This document shows positions 14,286-28,536 of a stretch of DNA of 64,000 bases, one piece after another. Under the pieces are notes generated by a model, which worked only from the letters and a program-made list of their open reading frames with translations, did not search any database and was not told the DNA's origin. The position numbers and the translations under genes are program-made. How positions within the stretch are numbered: position 1 is the stretch's first letter; every line of letters begins with the position of its first letter. This stretch comes from the human T2T-CHM13v2.0 reference genome, Homo sapiens: assembly GCF_009914755.1 (NCBI RefSeq), contig NC_060938.1. One strand, given 5' to 3'.

Positions 14286-15294
14286 GGAGAGAGAAAATTT
14301 AGGTTTCTTTCTGCATTGCTGACTCCCCATTCAAGCCAGCAAGAAAGCTAGTCCTAAAGGAATTTGTATAAGGTATGTAAGTTCCCTTTAGTTGCTGACC
14401 TTAAAGCTGTCTCTTCGTCCTGCTTCTAAGGTTTCAGAATCTGTTAAACACCACTGTGTCATGCATCCACCAGTACAAAACATGCACCTGCTAAGCCGAT
14501 GTGTAGCAAGCACCCCACGCTTTATTGCATGTCCACTAAGCATCAGGTACTTAGCCAATAACATTGCCTGGCAGGCCATGAGATTCCATTTTATGTATGA
14601 GGACAATGAGGCTTATACATTGAGGACATTTAGAGGATGCAGTGACTTGTTTTAGAAGGTCATAGTAAGGTCATAATTGGGTGTGGAACTTAGACATACA
14701 CCACGAGTTGCCTAATTCCAATCCTGTGTCCTTTGTTTCACATCAGACTATTTCCATCTCTCCATGAAAGAAAAGAACTCTGCAAAATGAATCAGAAAAA
14801 AACCTTGGTTTCAAAGTATTTGAACCCAAGGGACAGACAGACAGATTTGAACCCAAAAGGGACAGATAGAATGGCCTTCCTGGCAGAGGTGGCAAAACAG
14901 ACCAAGGTATAGGGGTAGAGCTCTCTTGGTCTATTTTGGAGGTGAGCACATTACCTGTTTAGCTAGAGTGTTGCATGTATGCACGGTGTTAGGATGTCTC
15001 TGCATGTGTGTAGGTATGCTTGTCCAAGTACATGTGTGTACATGTTTGTATGGCATGAGTAAGTTTTAGAAAATTAAGTTGCAACCTAGTCCTGGAAAAA
15101 TTATGCACCAGTTAAGCAGCACGTGTTTTTCTGTATTTTTAATAAAGAGCAATGATGATTTTTTTACCTGGAAATGTGATTAGGATGTGAAACTACCAGT
15201 AAGGTGACTGCTTTCTCAATTGAATCCACAATCCAGCCTTAAGTTTGGAACTTATTTAATTTGTTCTTGTATAAGCAATTCTAAGCAGTCAATA

Positions 15295-15640
15295 GCATTC
15301 ATGTATTCATTCAACAAGCATTTAGTGAATACCTACTTGATGCGGGATACTGTTACATTTCAGTGTTAACAGTTGCAATCTGATAGGGAAGATATATATG
15401 TGAATAGAGCATTGCAAAGCAGTGTTTTGGAGTTGATAGAGACAAACATGGGCTATTATGGGCACCTAAAGAGCTTCCCAGCAAAACTGGAGGTTCATTG
15501 AAAACTTCTTTGAAGACTTGTTGCATAGGCTGAATCTCGCAGGATGACTAGGATTTAGCCCAGGAATGCAGGGAATATGCCAGAGAGAGGAAACTGAAGA
15601 GAGAAGGCACTGGGGAGAAGCAGAGGTTGGGGTGATGGCA
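15295..15640 (-). mobile_element. L2 LINE 3' fragment
   Basis: 'cattcatgtattcattcaacaagcatttagtgaatacctac' is the reverse L2 3' end. Confidence 0.75.
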
Positions 15641-15669
15641 GAAGTATTTACTAGTCACTGAAAAGTCAG

Positions 15670-15980
15670 ATGCTTCCCTTTGTAGGTAGGCAGGGCCATG
15701 GGACTATTTCTAGCCAATAGGTTGCAAGTAGAAGTGTTGTGTTTCACTTCCAGGCTCCAGCATTTACAAGCTGATGTGAAAATCTCAACCCTCTACCCCC
15801 TGCTACTCCATTCATGGAGGCCACATATGGAGATCACAGCAGCCTGGATCACTGAGTCACTGCATGGAGGACATTTTCCTTGGAGAGTCTCCCAATGTGC
15901 ATAAGAGTTGGGTTAAGCCATTGAGATGCTGAGGTTTACGTTATGACTGGAGCCTAGTATAGTCTATTCTAACTAGTGCA
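15670..15980 (+). mobile_element. Old ERVL/MaLR-type LTR fragment (MLT1J/LTR33-like)
   Basis: 'ggccatgggact...agccaat...tcacttccagg...gttaagccattgagat'. Confidence 0.55.
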
Positions 15981-16589
15981 GCAGGTATTGGGATTCTAAT
16001 GAGTTTGACATTGCCAAAGATAAAAAGTAAGGCAGAGGAAGAAGTACCTGAAAGCGCCTTACCTAAATTCCAGCTTCTTGAACTCATTACTTCCCAACTG
16101 ATGCTAAAATTCCCTCTTCATCCTCCCCATAGAGAAGAAATGATGTTTGAAGCATCTGATGAAGCAATTTCAGCAAAACTGAAAAAGTGCACCACTTATT
16201 TCCAGTTTCTTTTTCTCCCGCATCTTAGCCTACAAATCTTAGTCAGACCCATAGTTGGGCCTGAGCCTTAGCCAGACAAACTTTCCTTCCACGGCACAGG
16301 GAATTTTCTTTGTTCACTGCGGAATCATAGGAGCCTAAAACTATGTATCGCATGAACAAGGTACTCAATAAATATTTATTGATTAAGCATCCCAAGGAAA
16401 AGATGAACATAGGTGTCCCTGGAGAGAGAGGAGGGTCGCACTGCAAGGTCTGAAGACTCATGTTGATGTCCCAGATGCCTGACTTCAAGTTAGCGCCCCC
16501 GTCTCTCTGAGCCTCAGTGTTCATGTCCAGCAAATGAGAATAACATGCCTACCTCCCAAGTTTAAAACTTGACTATCTTATGAAGATGA

Positions 16590-16720
16590 AAGCTTTCCCA
16601 ACCCTGCCAATACCTTAATCTTGGACTTCTAGCCTCCAGAAATGTGAGAAAATAAATTTCTGTTGTTTAAGTTGCCCAGTGTGTAGTATTTTGTTATGGA
16701 AGCCCTAACAAACTAATCTA
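16590..16720 (+). mobile_element. MLT1C/D LTR 3' fragment
   Basis: 'ttggacttctagcctccagaaatgtgagaaaataaatttctgttgtttaag...gccctaacaaactaat'. Confidence 0.8.
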
Positions 16721-17608
16721 CCCATCAACATAAACTAACACAAACTGTGCAGTCATTCAGCCATTCAACAAATATATACTGACCACCTTCCAAATATACT
16801 TATGACCTTGGTAGGCTAGGCTCTGGGCAGAAAAGATAAATTATGTAAGATTTCTTTTTCCTAAAGGAAAATTATTGTCCATGTTTGTGCATGGTCCTGT
16901 CCTGATAAAACTGATGTAAGATGATATGAGATGATATATTATGACAATTGCATTCACTCATTCAATAAGTGTGTATCCATGCTTCTTAAAGGATAGGCAT
17001 TAGAGATATGAGAGAGTGATGCAGTGACTCTGATCCCCAGGCTGCTGACAGTCCCAAAGAGGTAATAATTAGAGCCAGGGCCCTGGACTCAGACTTTGTA
17101 GGTTCAAATCCCAGCTCTGCCACGTGTTACCTCTGTGCATATGGAGAGAGTCTTTGGACTATTTCTGTCATGTTGTAGAACTGTTCCTATAGGAAGCTCA
17201 AGCTGGCGGGTGTTGTGTTCTTATTTGCAGAGTAATGATGGGCTGTAATTTAGCACACAAAGGCAGCGCCAGAGACAATGTTTTTAGAATTAATTTTGAA
17301 TGTTCATACAAAAGACATTTGCAGACACGAGGCCATTCTAGTTAAAGGATGAGGAAAATGGTCCTGTGAGAAGGATCAGTCCTCAGAAGGCCAGTGGCCC
17401 ACCTATCCAACCTCTTTGTGTTTCAGTTTTCTAGACTGAAAAATTGAAATTACAGTATTTTCCTTGTTCTGAAATATGTTATCATCAGAATTTGGGCATA
17501 AACTATCATTATTCTTGCACTTTACACATGAGAAAACTGAGGCAACAGTATGAGTGAATAGGCCCAGGTCACTTAGCTGCTAAATGTCAGAGCACCTGTG
17601 CTGTGTGC

Positions 17609-17920
17609 TTTTTTTTTTTTCTTTTTTTGAGACAAGTTCTCATTGCCACCCAGGCAGGAGTGTAGTGGTGCAAACATGGCTCACTACAGCCTTTACTTCC
17701 AGGGTTCAAGTGATCCTCTTGCCTCAGCCTCTCCAGTAGCTGGGACAACAGGTATGTTGTCACCATGCTCAGCTAATTTTTCTTTTTTTTTTAGTTCTAT
17801 GTCTTATAGAGATGGAGTCTTGCTATGAGTTGTCCAGGCTTGTCTCATGGGCTCAAGTGATCCTCCAACCTTGGCCTTTCAAAGTGCTGGGGTTACAGGA
17901 GTAAGCCACAGTGCCTGGCC
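17609..17920 (-). mobile_element. AluJ
   Basis: Poly-T then antisense Alu ending ...cctggcc; TSD TGTGCTGTGT at 17597-17606 and 17921-17930. Confidence 0.92.
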
Positions 17921-18913
17921 TGTGCTGTGTTTTGATTCCAGAATCAAATCCACACTCTTGACTGCTAATCGGCTGGGAGAAATGACCTGCAGTTCCTTAA
18001 GTGGTAATAGGAAGGAACTGGACATGCAGGATCTTGGTGGAGGTCAGGGAAAAGGATGGGGATTGCCCTCAGTGATGGGAGAGTGTTTATTAATGCACAG
18101 GGGATGAGCTCTGAGGACCCTCTAGAACACTGATTCTGTCAGCCCTCCCATTTCTGCAGACACGTGGCCCCACCCTCCTCCACTTCTCTTGCCAAGCAGG
18201 ATGTGCAGTCGATGCACAGGGATTGGCTCTGCGCATGTGCTGTGTGCTGCAGGGAGAGGAGAGAGAAGTCTCTAGAATCTGTCAGCATCCCTCCAGGAAA
18301 GCCTGGTGTCACACTCACCATTCCTGATTTCTTTTGTTAGTCTCAGAATAGTGACTTAGAACAATTATATTCATTTCACAATTAACATTCTTTTTTGGAC
18401 ACTAGCTGAGAAGTAATGGAACCTGGACTCTCCACTTTTGAGGCAGGGCTGACAGCTGAGCGTGGACGTGGATGCTGGGGAAAACACAGCTATGACAGCC
18501 TTCCCCACAGTTTAAGGTAACACCTTCCCACCTTCCATTCAGTTTTGCTTGTGTGCTTGTTTGCTTTTGGTTAGAGAACAAAACATTGAAACATTGGCGA
18601 ACGTATTTTTTTTTATATTCTCATTAAAATAACCCCTGACTCCCGGCTCATTAAAGTCGTCATGTTAGCAAAGATTCCCTCAGGACCTGAAATGTTGATT
18701 CCGACTTCGTTGCATATGGAGGTAAATTAGTGTGATCTGTATAACTTATTGAGGAATTTGCAACTTTAGATTCAAACGTGTCCCATCTGTTCGGCCTGGC
18801 CTGTTCTTCTGCCCCAGGGCTTGAGACAACACCCTCTTTCATCCTCTCTGTCGGCTATGGGATTTGATGCTGTGTCTTGTCCTTGATGTTCCTTTAGAAA
18901 CTGAAGATGTCCT

Positions 18914-19713
<800 letters not shown>

Positions 19714-21412
19714 GCCTTCTTACCAACTAACAGTGATGGCCTTTGGTCTCTGAGTGGCATTCTTACTACTTTCCAGGTTCACCTCTTCCTAGGAGGTCAG
19801 CACTGCTCAATGACTTGCTTCTAAACTCCTGAAGACACTGAGGCAACATTCCCTCCCTCTTAGCCAAAGCCTGGACAACTCATCTCACTCTGCCTTTCTT
19901 TGTGTGTCTCTCTCTGAATATGTTTACCCTGCCTCCCGTTACTTGAAACCCATTTCAGCCAACATCCAAAAGCCCTTATGATGTGTCAAGCACAGGACCA
20001 GGTGCGGTGGAAGTAAATCTGGTGTCTGGAAATGTTTATCATAATGCAGGCCCCTTCTGACACCACAGAGGAAACACGACGACCCTTCCTTTCCATACCT
20101 GACACGGCAGTCTAAAATCAAAGGTCTAATGATCATGCATTAGACATTGATGTGGTTTCACCATTCTGTTTTAATCATGAGTGTATTTGCAAGATGCCAT
20201 AAAGAACCTCTAAGATGGTGATGATGGTCAGAGGTGGAATAGGGAAATACAGCACTCTGTTATCTTGTAGTCTTGAGGTAACTCCCTTTTCCTAAGGTCT
20301 GTTAGCAGTCAGGGCTTCTAGATCAGATGTAATGATGGGGCAGGTTCCAAATAGTGTACATTCCCCCCAATTGAGATATAGGAGGGGTCTTTCTTTTAGG
20401 ACTTTAGGGCACACAAAGAGAGCGCTTGTGCCCTTCAGGGTTTGAGAGGGTATCCTTCTCAAACAGCTGTCAGAAGAGGAGCTGGGAAGGCTGTGAGAGA
20501 GGCAGGACAGAGAGGGGCTGAGGAAAAATAGCCACCAGAAGCAGGCTGGTGTTTGGAGGCAGAGCCAGCTGGAGATCAGGAAGAGTCTTCTACCAGGTGG
20601 GCAGCTGTGTGTCTGGAAGTGGTGACAGGTGGCACAGGCCAGTGACAAGAAGATAGCCATGACTAGGGGTTGGGTCTTGAGTAGGACTTGGTTGGCAGGA
20701 AGACCCTGAGGATGGGACACCTGTGGGTAGTCCATGAAGAGGACCCAGGCAAATGGACGGGCATTCAGGAGGGGAGAGCTGCTTTTGGGTGGGTGGCCTC
20801 CAGTTAGATGATAGAATGTGGGGCAGGAAGGAGATGGGCAATAAGTAAAAAGACTCTCAGGTGACATGGCTCTCCCTCTGGCAGCCCCAGGCCCTGCCTA
20901 GATGCCAAGACCCAAGAGACCACCCCCTGCTTACAATGGGAACCCGCTACAGTAAAAGAAGTTCAAGGGCTACCATACAGGGCTTGAGCGAAGTTATAAG
21001 ATTGCAGTGTAGGATTTGGGAAAAGGGCGACAACTTGGGAAGATGCAAAAGGAAGCCTTCAGAAGCACATGAGGCAGCCACCATCAAGGTTAGCCTTGGG
21101 CTTGATCTCCAGAGACTCTGCCCAGAATTTCAAATCATTCTAGATCAGCAGCAGGATCTAATGGGGGCAAATGAAAGTCAAATGGGCAGAGTTTAGGGCA
21201 CAGCAGAGCAGAGGCACTCACCCAGTTAGGCCAGTCCAGCTTCTGAGATATCTTATTAAGAGTCCATCTCTGAGGGAAAGCAGGAAGAAGAAGAAGAACG
21301 AGAAGGTGGCTGCCCCACCACTGTCTCAGTGGCTTCTGAAAGACATTGTAAAGAGTCATGATTGACCCATTGTAAAAGGCAACCATATGGTGCATTAAAC
21401 CATACGGTGTAA

Positions 21413-21444
21413 TAAAACAAACAAACAAACAAACAAACAAAAAA
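21413..21444. repeat. (AAAC)n microsatellite
   Basis: About 7 AAAC units directly after AATAAA. Confidence 0.95.
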
Positions 21445-23494
21445 CCCAGACATAAATAACAGAGAAAATAAGTTGCATTAACTCCTTTGCATTTTGAAAG
21501 TGATAGGACTATTAAATGTATACATTTCTATAAGCCTCTGAGAGTTAAAGATCAGCCCCAAAGGGGAGGCCATGGCAGGATATTAAAAGTTTAATGAGGC
21601 GCAGTTTCAGAGGTGTTAACATTTGACAACCAGAAACAGCAGTAGCCCCAAACTTATAATCTGAAACAGACAATAAATGATGGACAAAGGTTGCTTGCTT
21701 AGAGCAAGGCTCTGACTGCAGGGATGTCCGAGAAAAGGAGAAATTAGATCTGGATGCTAGGCTGGGATATGAGCTAATAAAATGCTTGGCTTAGGCTTCT
21801 TAGCCTTAAAATGTAGTTTTGTGGCCAGATGGAAATAATAAATAGAAACAATGAGCTCAGTGCTGGGCCATGGTGGGTACTGATGGTAGCTGCATAGACT
21901 GGGCATCAGAGTGAGTGTTATCACATTTTTGCTAGCATTAAGTAGTTTCTGAAACCAGGAAGGCTCAGAGGGGCTGTGTTCTGTACTGTGCAAAGTGATT
22001 CTTGCTATCGCATTCATTAAACTTTCTGTAATAATTTGATTTCACCAAACTCAACCGTGGAACAGCTCACAGTAAAATAAGCCTGACTCAGATCGTTCTA
22101 ATGAAATCACCCCTACATTAAAGAGATTTCAGTATCATTTCTGGAATGCATCCAGGGGGCTGATTTCTAAGGAAGAAGGAAAAAGGGTTTTGATGTGTCA
22201 GAAATTCAAATGAAGGAGTGGATGGCAAGATGTCCGAAAAGGAACAGCTTTGGTCTGTAGCTGTCAGCAAGATCAATGCAGAAGGCAGGTGATTTCTGCA
22301 TTTCCAACTGAGGTATCCAGCTCATTGGGACTGGTCAGACAGTGGGTGCAGCCCACAGAGGGTGAGCCAAACGTGGGTGGGGTGTCACCTCACCAGGGAA
22401 GCACAAGGGGTAGAGGAACTCCCTCCCCTAGCCAAGGGACACCATGAGGGACTGTGCCATGAGGAACAGTGCACTCCAGCCCAGATACTATGCTTTTCCC
22501 ATGGTCTTCGCAACCCGCAGACCAGGAGATTTCCTCAGGTGCCTACATCACCAGGGCCTGGGTTTCAAGCACAAAACTGGGCGGCCATTTAAGCAGACAC
22601 CGAGCTAGCTGCAGGAGTTTATTTTTTCATAATCTAGTGGTCCCTGGAACGTCAGTGAGACAGAACCATTCAATCCCTTGGAAAGGGGTCTGAAGCCATG
22701 GGACCAAGCAGTCTTGCTCCATGGATCCCACCCCCACAGAGCCCAGCAAGCTATGATACACTGGCTTGAAATTCTCTCTGCCAGCACAGCTGTCTGAAGT
22801 CGACCTGGGATGTTCGAGCTTGGTGGGGTCGAGGGGTGGAGGGGGATCCACCATTACTGAGGCTTGAGTAGGCGTTTTCCCCTCACAGTGTAAAAAAAGC
22901 CACAGGGAAGTTTGAAATGGGCAGAGCCCACTGTATCTCTGCAAAGCTGCTGAGGCCAGACTTCCTCTCTAGATTCCTCCTCTCTGGGCAGAGCATCTCT
23001 GAAAGAAAGGCAGCAGCCCCAGTCAGGAGCTTATAGATAAAACTCCCATCTCCCTGGGGCAGAGCACCTTGGGGAAGGGGCGGCTGTGGGCACAGGTTCA
23101 GCAGACTTAAACATTCCTGCCTGCCGGCTCTGAAGACAGCAGAGGATCTCACAGCACAGTGCTCGAGCTCTGCTAAGGGACAGACTGCCTCCTCAAGTGG
23201 GTCCCTGACCCCCATGCCTCCTGACTGGGAGACACCTCCCAGCAGGGGTCAACAGACACCTCATACAGGAGAGCTCTGGCTGGCAACTTGTGAAGGCCCC
23301 TCTAGGACGAAGCTTCCAGAGAAAGGAATAGGCAGCAATCTTAGCTGTTCTGCAGCCTCCGCTGATGATACCCAGGCAAACAGGTTTCTAGCAAACTCCA
23401 GCAGATGTGCAGCAGAGGGGCCTGACTGTTAGAAGGAAAACTAACAAACATAAAGGAATAGCATCAACATCAACAAAAAGGACATCCACTCAAG

Positions 23495-24515
23495 ATGAGA
23501 AAAAAAAACAGTGCCAAAAGGCTGAAAATTCCAAAATCCAGAATGCCTCTTCTTCTCCAATGGATCACAACTCCTTGCCAGCAAGGGAACAAAAATGGAC
23601 AGAGAATGAGTTTGATGAATTGACAGAAGTAGGCTTCAGAAGGTGGGTAATAGCAAACTCCTCTAAGCTAAAGGAGCGTGTTCTAACCCAATGCAAGGAA
23701 GCTAAGAACCTTGAAAAAAGGTTAGACGAATTGATAACTAGAATAACCAGTTTAGAGAACATAAATGACCTGATGGAGCTGAAAAACACAGCATGAGAAC
23801 TTTGTGAAGCATACACAGGTATCAATAGCCAAATGAATCAAGTGGAAGAAAGGACATCAGAGACTGAAGATCAACTTAATGAAATAAAGCATGAAGACAA
23901 GATTACAGAAAGAAGAATGAAAAGGAATGAACAAAGCCTCCAAGAAATATGGGACTGTGTGATAAGACCAAATCTACCTACGATTGGTGTACCTGAAAGT
24001 GACGGAGAGAACGGAACCAAGTTGGAAAACACTATTCAGGATATTATCCAGAACTTTCCCAGCCTAGCAAGACAGGCCAACATTCAAATTCAGGAAATAC
24101 AGAGAACACCACAAAGACACTCCTCAAGAAGAGCAACCCCAATACACATAATCATCAGATTCACCAAGGTTGAAATGAAGGAAAAAATGTTAAGGGCAGC
24201 CAGAAAGAAAGGTCTGGTTACCCACAAAGGGAAGCCCATCAGACTAACAGCAGATCTCTCTGCAGAAACCCTATAAGCCAGAAGAGAGTGGGGGCCAATA
24301 TTCAACATTCTTAAAGAAAAGAATTTTCAACCCAGAATTTCAGATCCAGTCAAACTAAGCTTCATAAGTGAAGGAGAAATAAAATCATTTACAGACAAGC
24401 AAAATGCTGAGAGATTTTGTCACCACCAGGCCTGTCTTACAAGCTCTTGAAGGAAGCACTAAATATAGAAAGTAAAAACTGGTACCAGCCACTGCAAAAA
24501 TATACCAAATTCTAA
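23495..24515 (+). pseudogene. L1 ORF1p remnant (frameshifts and stops)
   Basis: Fragments KAENSK...ENEFDELTEVGFRR and RNEQSLQEIWD...KGKPIRLTADLSAETL; stops at about 23794 and 24274. Confidence 0.92.
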
Positions 24516-24578
24516 AGACTATCAATACTATGAAGAAACTACATCAACGAACAGGCAAAATAACCAGCTAGCATCATA

Positions 24579-27500
24579 ATGACAGGATCAGATTCATATA
24601 TAACAATATTAACCTTAAATCTAAATGGGCTAATTTCCCCAATTAAAAGACACAGACTGGCAAATTGGATAAAGAATCAAGACCCATTGGTGTGCTGTAT
24701 TCAGGAGACCCATCTCACATGCAAAGACACACATAGACTCAAAATAAAGAGACAGAGGAAATTTTACTAAGCAAATGGAAAGCAAACAAAAAAAAAAGAA
24801 AGAAAAAGAAAAGAAATCAGGAGTTGCAATCCTAGTCTCTGACAAAACAGACTTTAAACTAACAAAGATCAAAAAAGACAAACAAGGGCATCATATAATC
24901 ATAAAGGAATCAATGCAACAAGAAGAGATAACTATCCTAAATATATATGCACCCAATACAGGAGCACTCAGATTCATAAAGCAAGTTCTTAGAGACCTAC
25001 AAAGGGACTTAGACTCCCACACAATACTAATGGGAGACTTTAACACCCCACTGTCAATATTAGACAGATCAATGAGACAGAAAATTAACAAGGATATTCA
25101 GGACTTGAACTCAGCTCTGGATCAAATGGAACTAATAGACATCTGCAGAACTCTCCACCCCAGATCAACAGAGCATACATTCTTCTCAGTGCCACATTGC
25201 ACTTATTCTAAAATTGACCACATAATTGGAAGTAAAACAGTCCTCAGCAAATGCAAAAGAATGGAAATAATAAAAAACAGTCTCTCAGACCACAGTGCAA
25301 TCAAATTAGAACTCAGGATTAAGAAACTCACTCAAAACCACACAACTACATGGAAACTGAACAATCTGCTCCTGAACGACTACTGGGTAAATAATGAAAT
25401 TATGGCAGAAATAAGTAAGTTCTTTGAAACCAATGAGAACAAAGACACAACGTACCAGAATCTCTGGGGCACAGCTAAAGCAGTGTTTAGAGGGAAATTT
25501 ATAGCACTAAATGCCCACAGGAGAAAGCAGGAAAGATCTAAAATCGACACTCTAACATCACAATTAAAAGAACTAGACAAGCAAGAGCAAACAAATTCAA
25601 AAGATAGCAGAAGGCAAGAAATAACTAAGATCAGAGCAGAAATGAAGGAGATAGACACAAAAAACCCTCCAAAAAAATCAATGAATCCAGAAGCTGGTTT
25701 TTTGAAAAGATAAACAAGATAGATAGACTGGTAGCCAGACTAATGAAGAAGAAAAGAAAGAAGAATCAAATAGACACAATAAAAAGTGATAAAGGGGATA
25801 TCACCACTGATCCTACAGAAATACAAACTACCATCAGAGAATACTATGAACACCTATATGCAAATAAGCTAGAAAATCTAGAAGAAATGGATAAACTCCT
25901 GGACACATACACCCTCCCAAGACTAAACCAGGAAGAACTTGAATCCCTGAATAGACCAATAACAAGTTCTGAAATTAAGGCAGTAATTAATAGCTGACCA
26001 ACCAACAAAAGCCCAGGACTAGACAGATTCACAGCCGAATTCTACCAGAGGTACAAAGAGGAGCTGGTACCATTCCTTCTGAAACTATTCCAAACAATAG
26101 AAAAAGAGGGACTCCTCCATAACTCGTTTTATGAGGCAAGCATCATCCTGATACCAAAACTCCTGGACACATACACTCTCCCAAGACTAAACCAGGAAGA
26201 AGTTGAATCCCTGAATAGACCAATAACAAGTTCTGAAATTGAGGCAGTAATTAATAGCCTACCAACCAACAAAAGCCCAGGACCAGACAGATTCACAGCA
26301 GAGGCACAACAAAAAAAGATAATTTCAGGCCAATATCCCTGATGAACGTTGATGTGAAAATCCTCAATAAAATACTGGCAAACTGAATCCAGCAGCATAT
26401 CAAAAAGCTTATCCACCATGATCAAGTCAGCTTCATCCCTGGGATGCAAGGCTGGCTCAACTTACACGAATCAATAAACGTAATTCAGCACATAAACAGA
26501 ACCAATGATAAAAACCAAATGATTATCTTAATAGATGCAGAAAGGGCCTTCGGTAAAAGTCAACACCACTTCATGATAAAAATTCTCAATAAACTAGGTA
26601 TTGATAAAATGTATCTCAAAATAATAAGAGCTATTTATGACAAACCCACAGGCAATATCATACTGAATGGTCAAAAGCTGAGAAGCATTCCCTTTGAAAA
26701 CCAGCACAAGACAAGGATGCCTTCTCTCACCATTCTTATTCAACACAGTATTGGCCAGGGAAATCAGGAAAGAGAAAGAAATAAAGGGTATTCAGACAGG
26801 AAGAGAGCAAGTCAAATTGTCTCTGTTTGCAGATGAGATGATTGTATATTTAGAAAACCCCATCATCTCAGCCTAAAATCTCCTTAAGCTGATAAGCAAC
26901 TTCAGCAGTCTCAGGATACAAAATCAATGTGCAAAAATCACAAGCATTCCTATACACCAATAATAGAGATCCAAATTATGAGTGAACTCCCATTCACAAT
27001 TGCTGCAAAGAGAATAAAATACCTAGGAATACAACTTAAAAGGGACATGAAGAACCTCTTGAAGGAGAACTACAAACCACTGCTCAATAAGAGAGGACAC
27101 AAACAAATAGACAAACATTCCATCCTCATGGATAGGAAGAATCAATATTGTGAAAATTGTCATACTGCCCAAAGTAATTTATAGATTTAATGCTATCCCC
27201 ATCAAGCTACCATTGACTTTCTTCACAGAATTGGAAAAAAACTACTTTAAATTTCATATGGAAATAAAAAAGAGCCTGCATAGCCAAGACAATCCTAAGC
27301 AAAAAGAACAAAGCTGGAGGCATCACGCTACCTGTCTTCAAACTATGCTACGAGGCTACAGTAACCAAAGCAGCATGGTACTGGTACCAAAAGAGATATA
27401 TAGACCAAAGAAATAGAACAGAGGCCTCAGAAATAATGCCACACATCTACAACCATCTGATCTTTGACAAACCTGACAAAAACAAGCAATGCAGAAAGGA

Positions 27501-28536
27501 TTCCCTATTTAATACATAGTGTTGAGAAAACTGGCTAGCCATATGCAGAAAACCGAAACTGGACCCCTTCCTTACATCTTTTACAAAAATTAACTCAAGA
27601 TGGATTAAAGACTTAAATGTAAAACCTAAAAACATAAAAACCCTAGAAGAAAACCTAGGCAATACCATTCAGGACATAGGCATGGGCAAAGACTTCCTGA
27701 CTAAAACACCAAAAGCAATGGCAATAAAAGCCAAAATTGACAAATGGGATCTAATTAAATTAAAGAGCTTCTGCACAGCAAAGGAAACTATCATCAGAGT
27801 GAACAGGCAACATACAGAATGGGAGAAAAGTTTTGCAATCTATCCATTTGACAAAGGGCTAATATCCAGAATCTATAAGGAACTTAAACAAATTGACAAG
27901 AAAAAAAACAACCCCATCAAAAAGGGGGCAAAGGATATGAACAGACACTTCTCAAAAGAAAATATTTGTGCAGCCAACAAACATATGAAAAAAAGCTCAT
28001 CATCACTGGTCACTAGAGAAATGCAAATCAAAACCACAATGAGATACCAACTCATGCCAGTTATAATGGTGATCATTAAAATGTCAGGAAACAACAGATG
28101 CTGGAGAGGATGTGGAGAAATAGGGACACTTACACTGTTGGTGAGAGTGTAAATTAGTTCAACCATTATTGAAGACAGTGTGGCAAATCCTCAAGGGTCT
28201 AGAACCAGAAATACCATTTGACCCAGCAATCCCATTACTGGGTATATACCCAAAGATTTACAAATCATTCTACTATAAAGACACATGCACACATATGTCT
28301 ATTGCAGCACTATTCACAATAGCAAAGACTAGGAAACAACCCAAATGCCTATCGATGATAGACGAGGTAAAGAAAATGTGGCACATATACACTATGGAAC
28401 ACTATGCAGCCATAAAAAGGATGAGCTTCTGTCCTTTGCAGGGACATGGGTGAAAGTGGAAATGATCATTCTCAACAAACTAACACAGGAACAAAAGACC
28501 AAACACCACATGTTCTCACTCATAAGTGGGAGTTGA
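24579..28536 (+). pseudogene. L1 ORF2p (endonuclease/reverse transcriptase) remnant, multiply disrupted
   Basis: MTGSDSYITILTLN start; EN motifs [19 protein letters not shown]; [12 protein letters not shown]; C-terminal CWRGCGE; many stops and frameshifts plus an internal 143-bp duplication. Confidence 0.93.
25893..26299 (+). repeat. 143-bp non-tandem direct repeat inside L1 ORF2 (25893-26035 and 26157-26299)
   Basis: Direct comparison: 6 mismatches in 143 bp, offset 264 bp. Confidence 0.95.

Noticed and set aside
20292-20867. 191-aa minus-strand ORF
   Set aside because: Ser/Pro/Leu/Cys-rich antisense of purine-rich DNA, no recognisable domain or exon context
24775-25713. 312-aa ORF with intact endonuclease motifs, as a functional gene or active L1
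   Set aside because: It is a fragment of L1 ORF2 missing the N-terminal EN residues (upstream stop at about 24768); ORF1 and the RT region carry many stops and frameshifts
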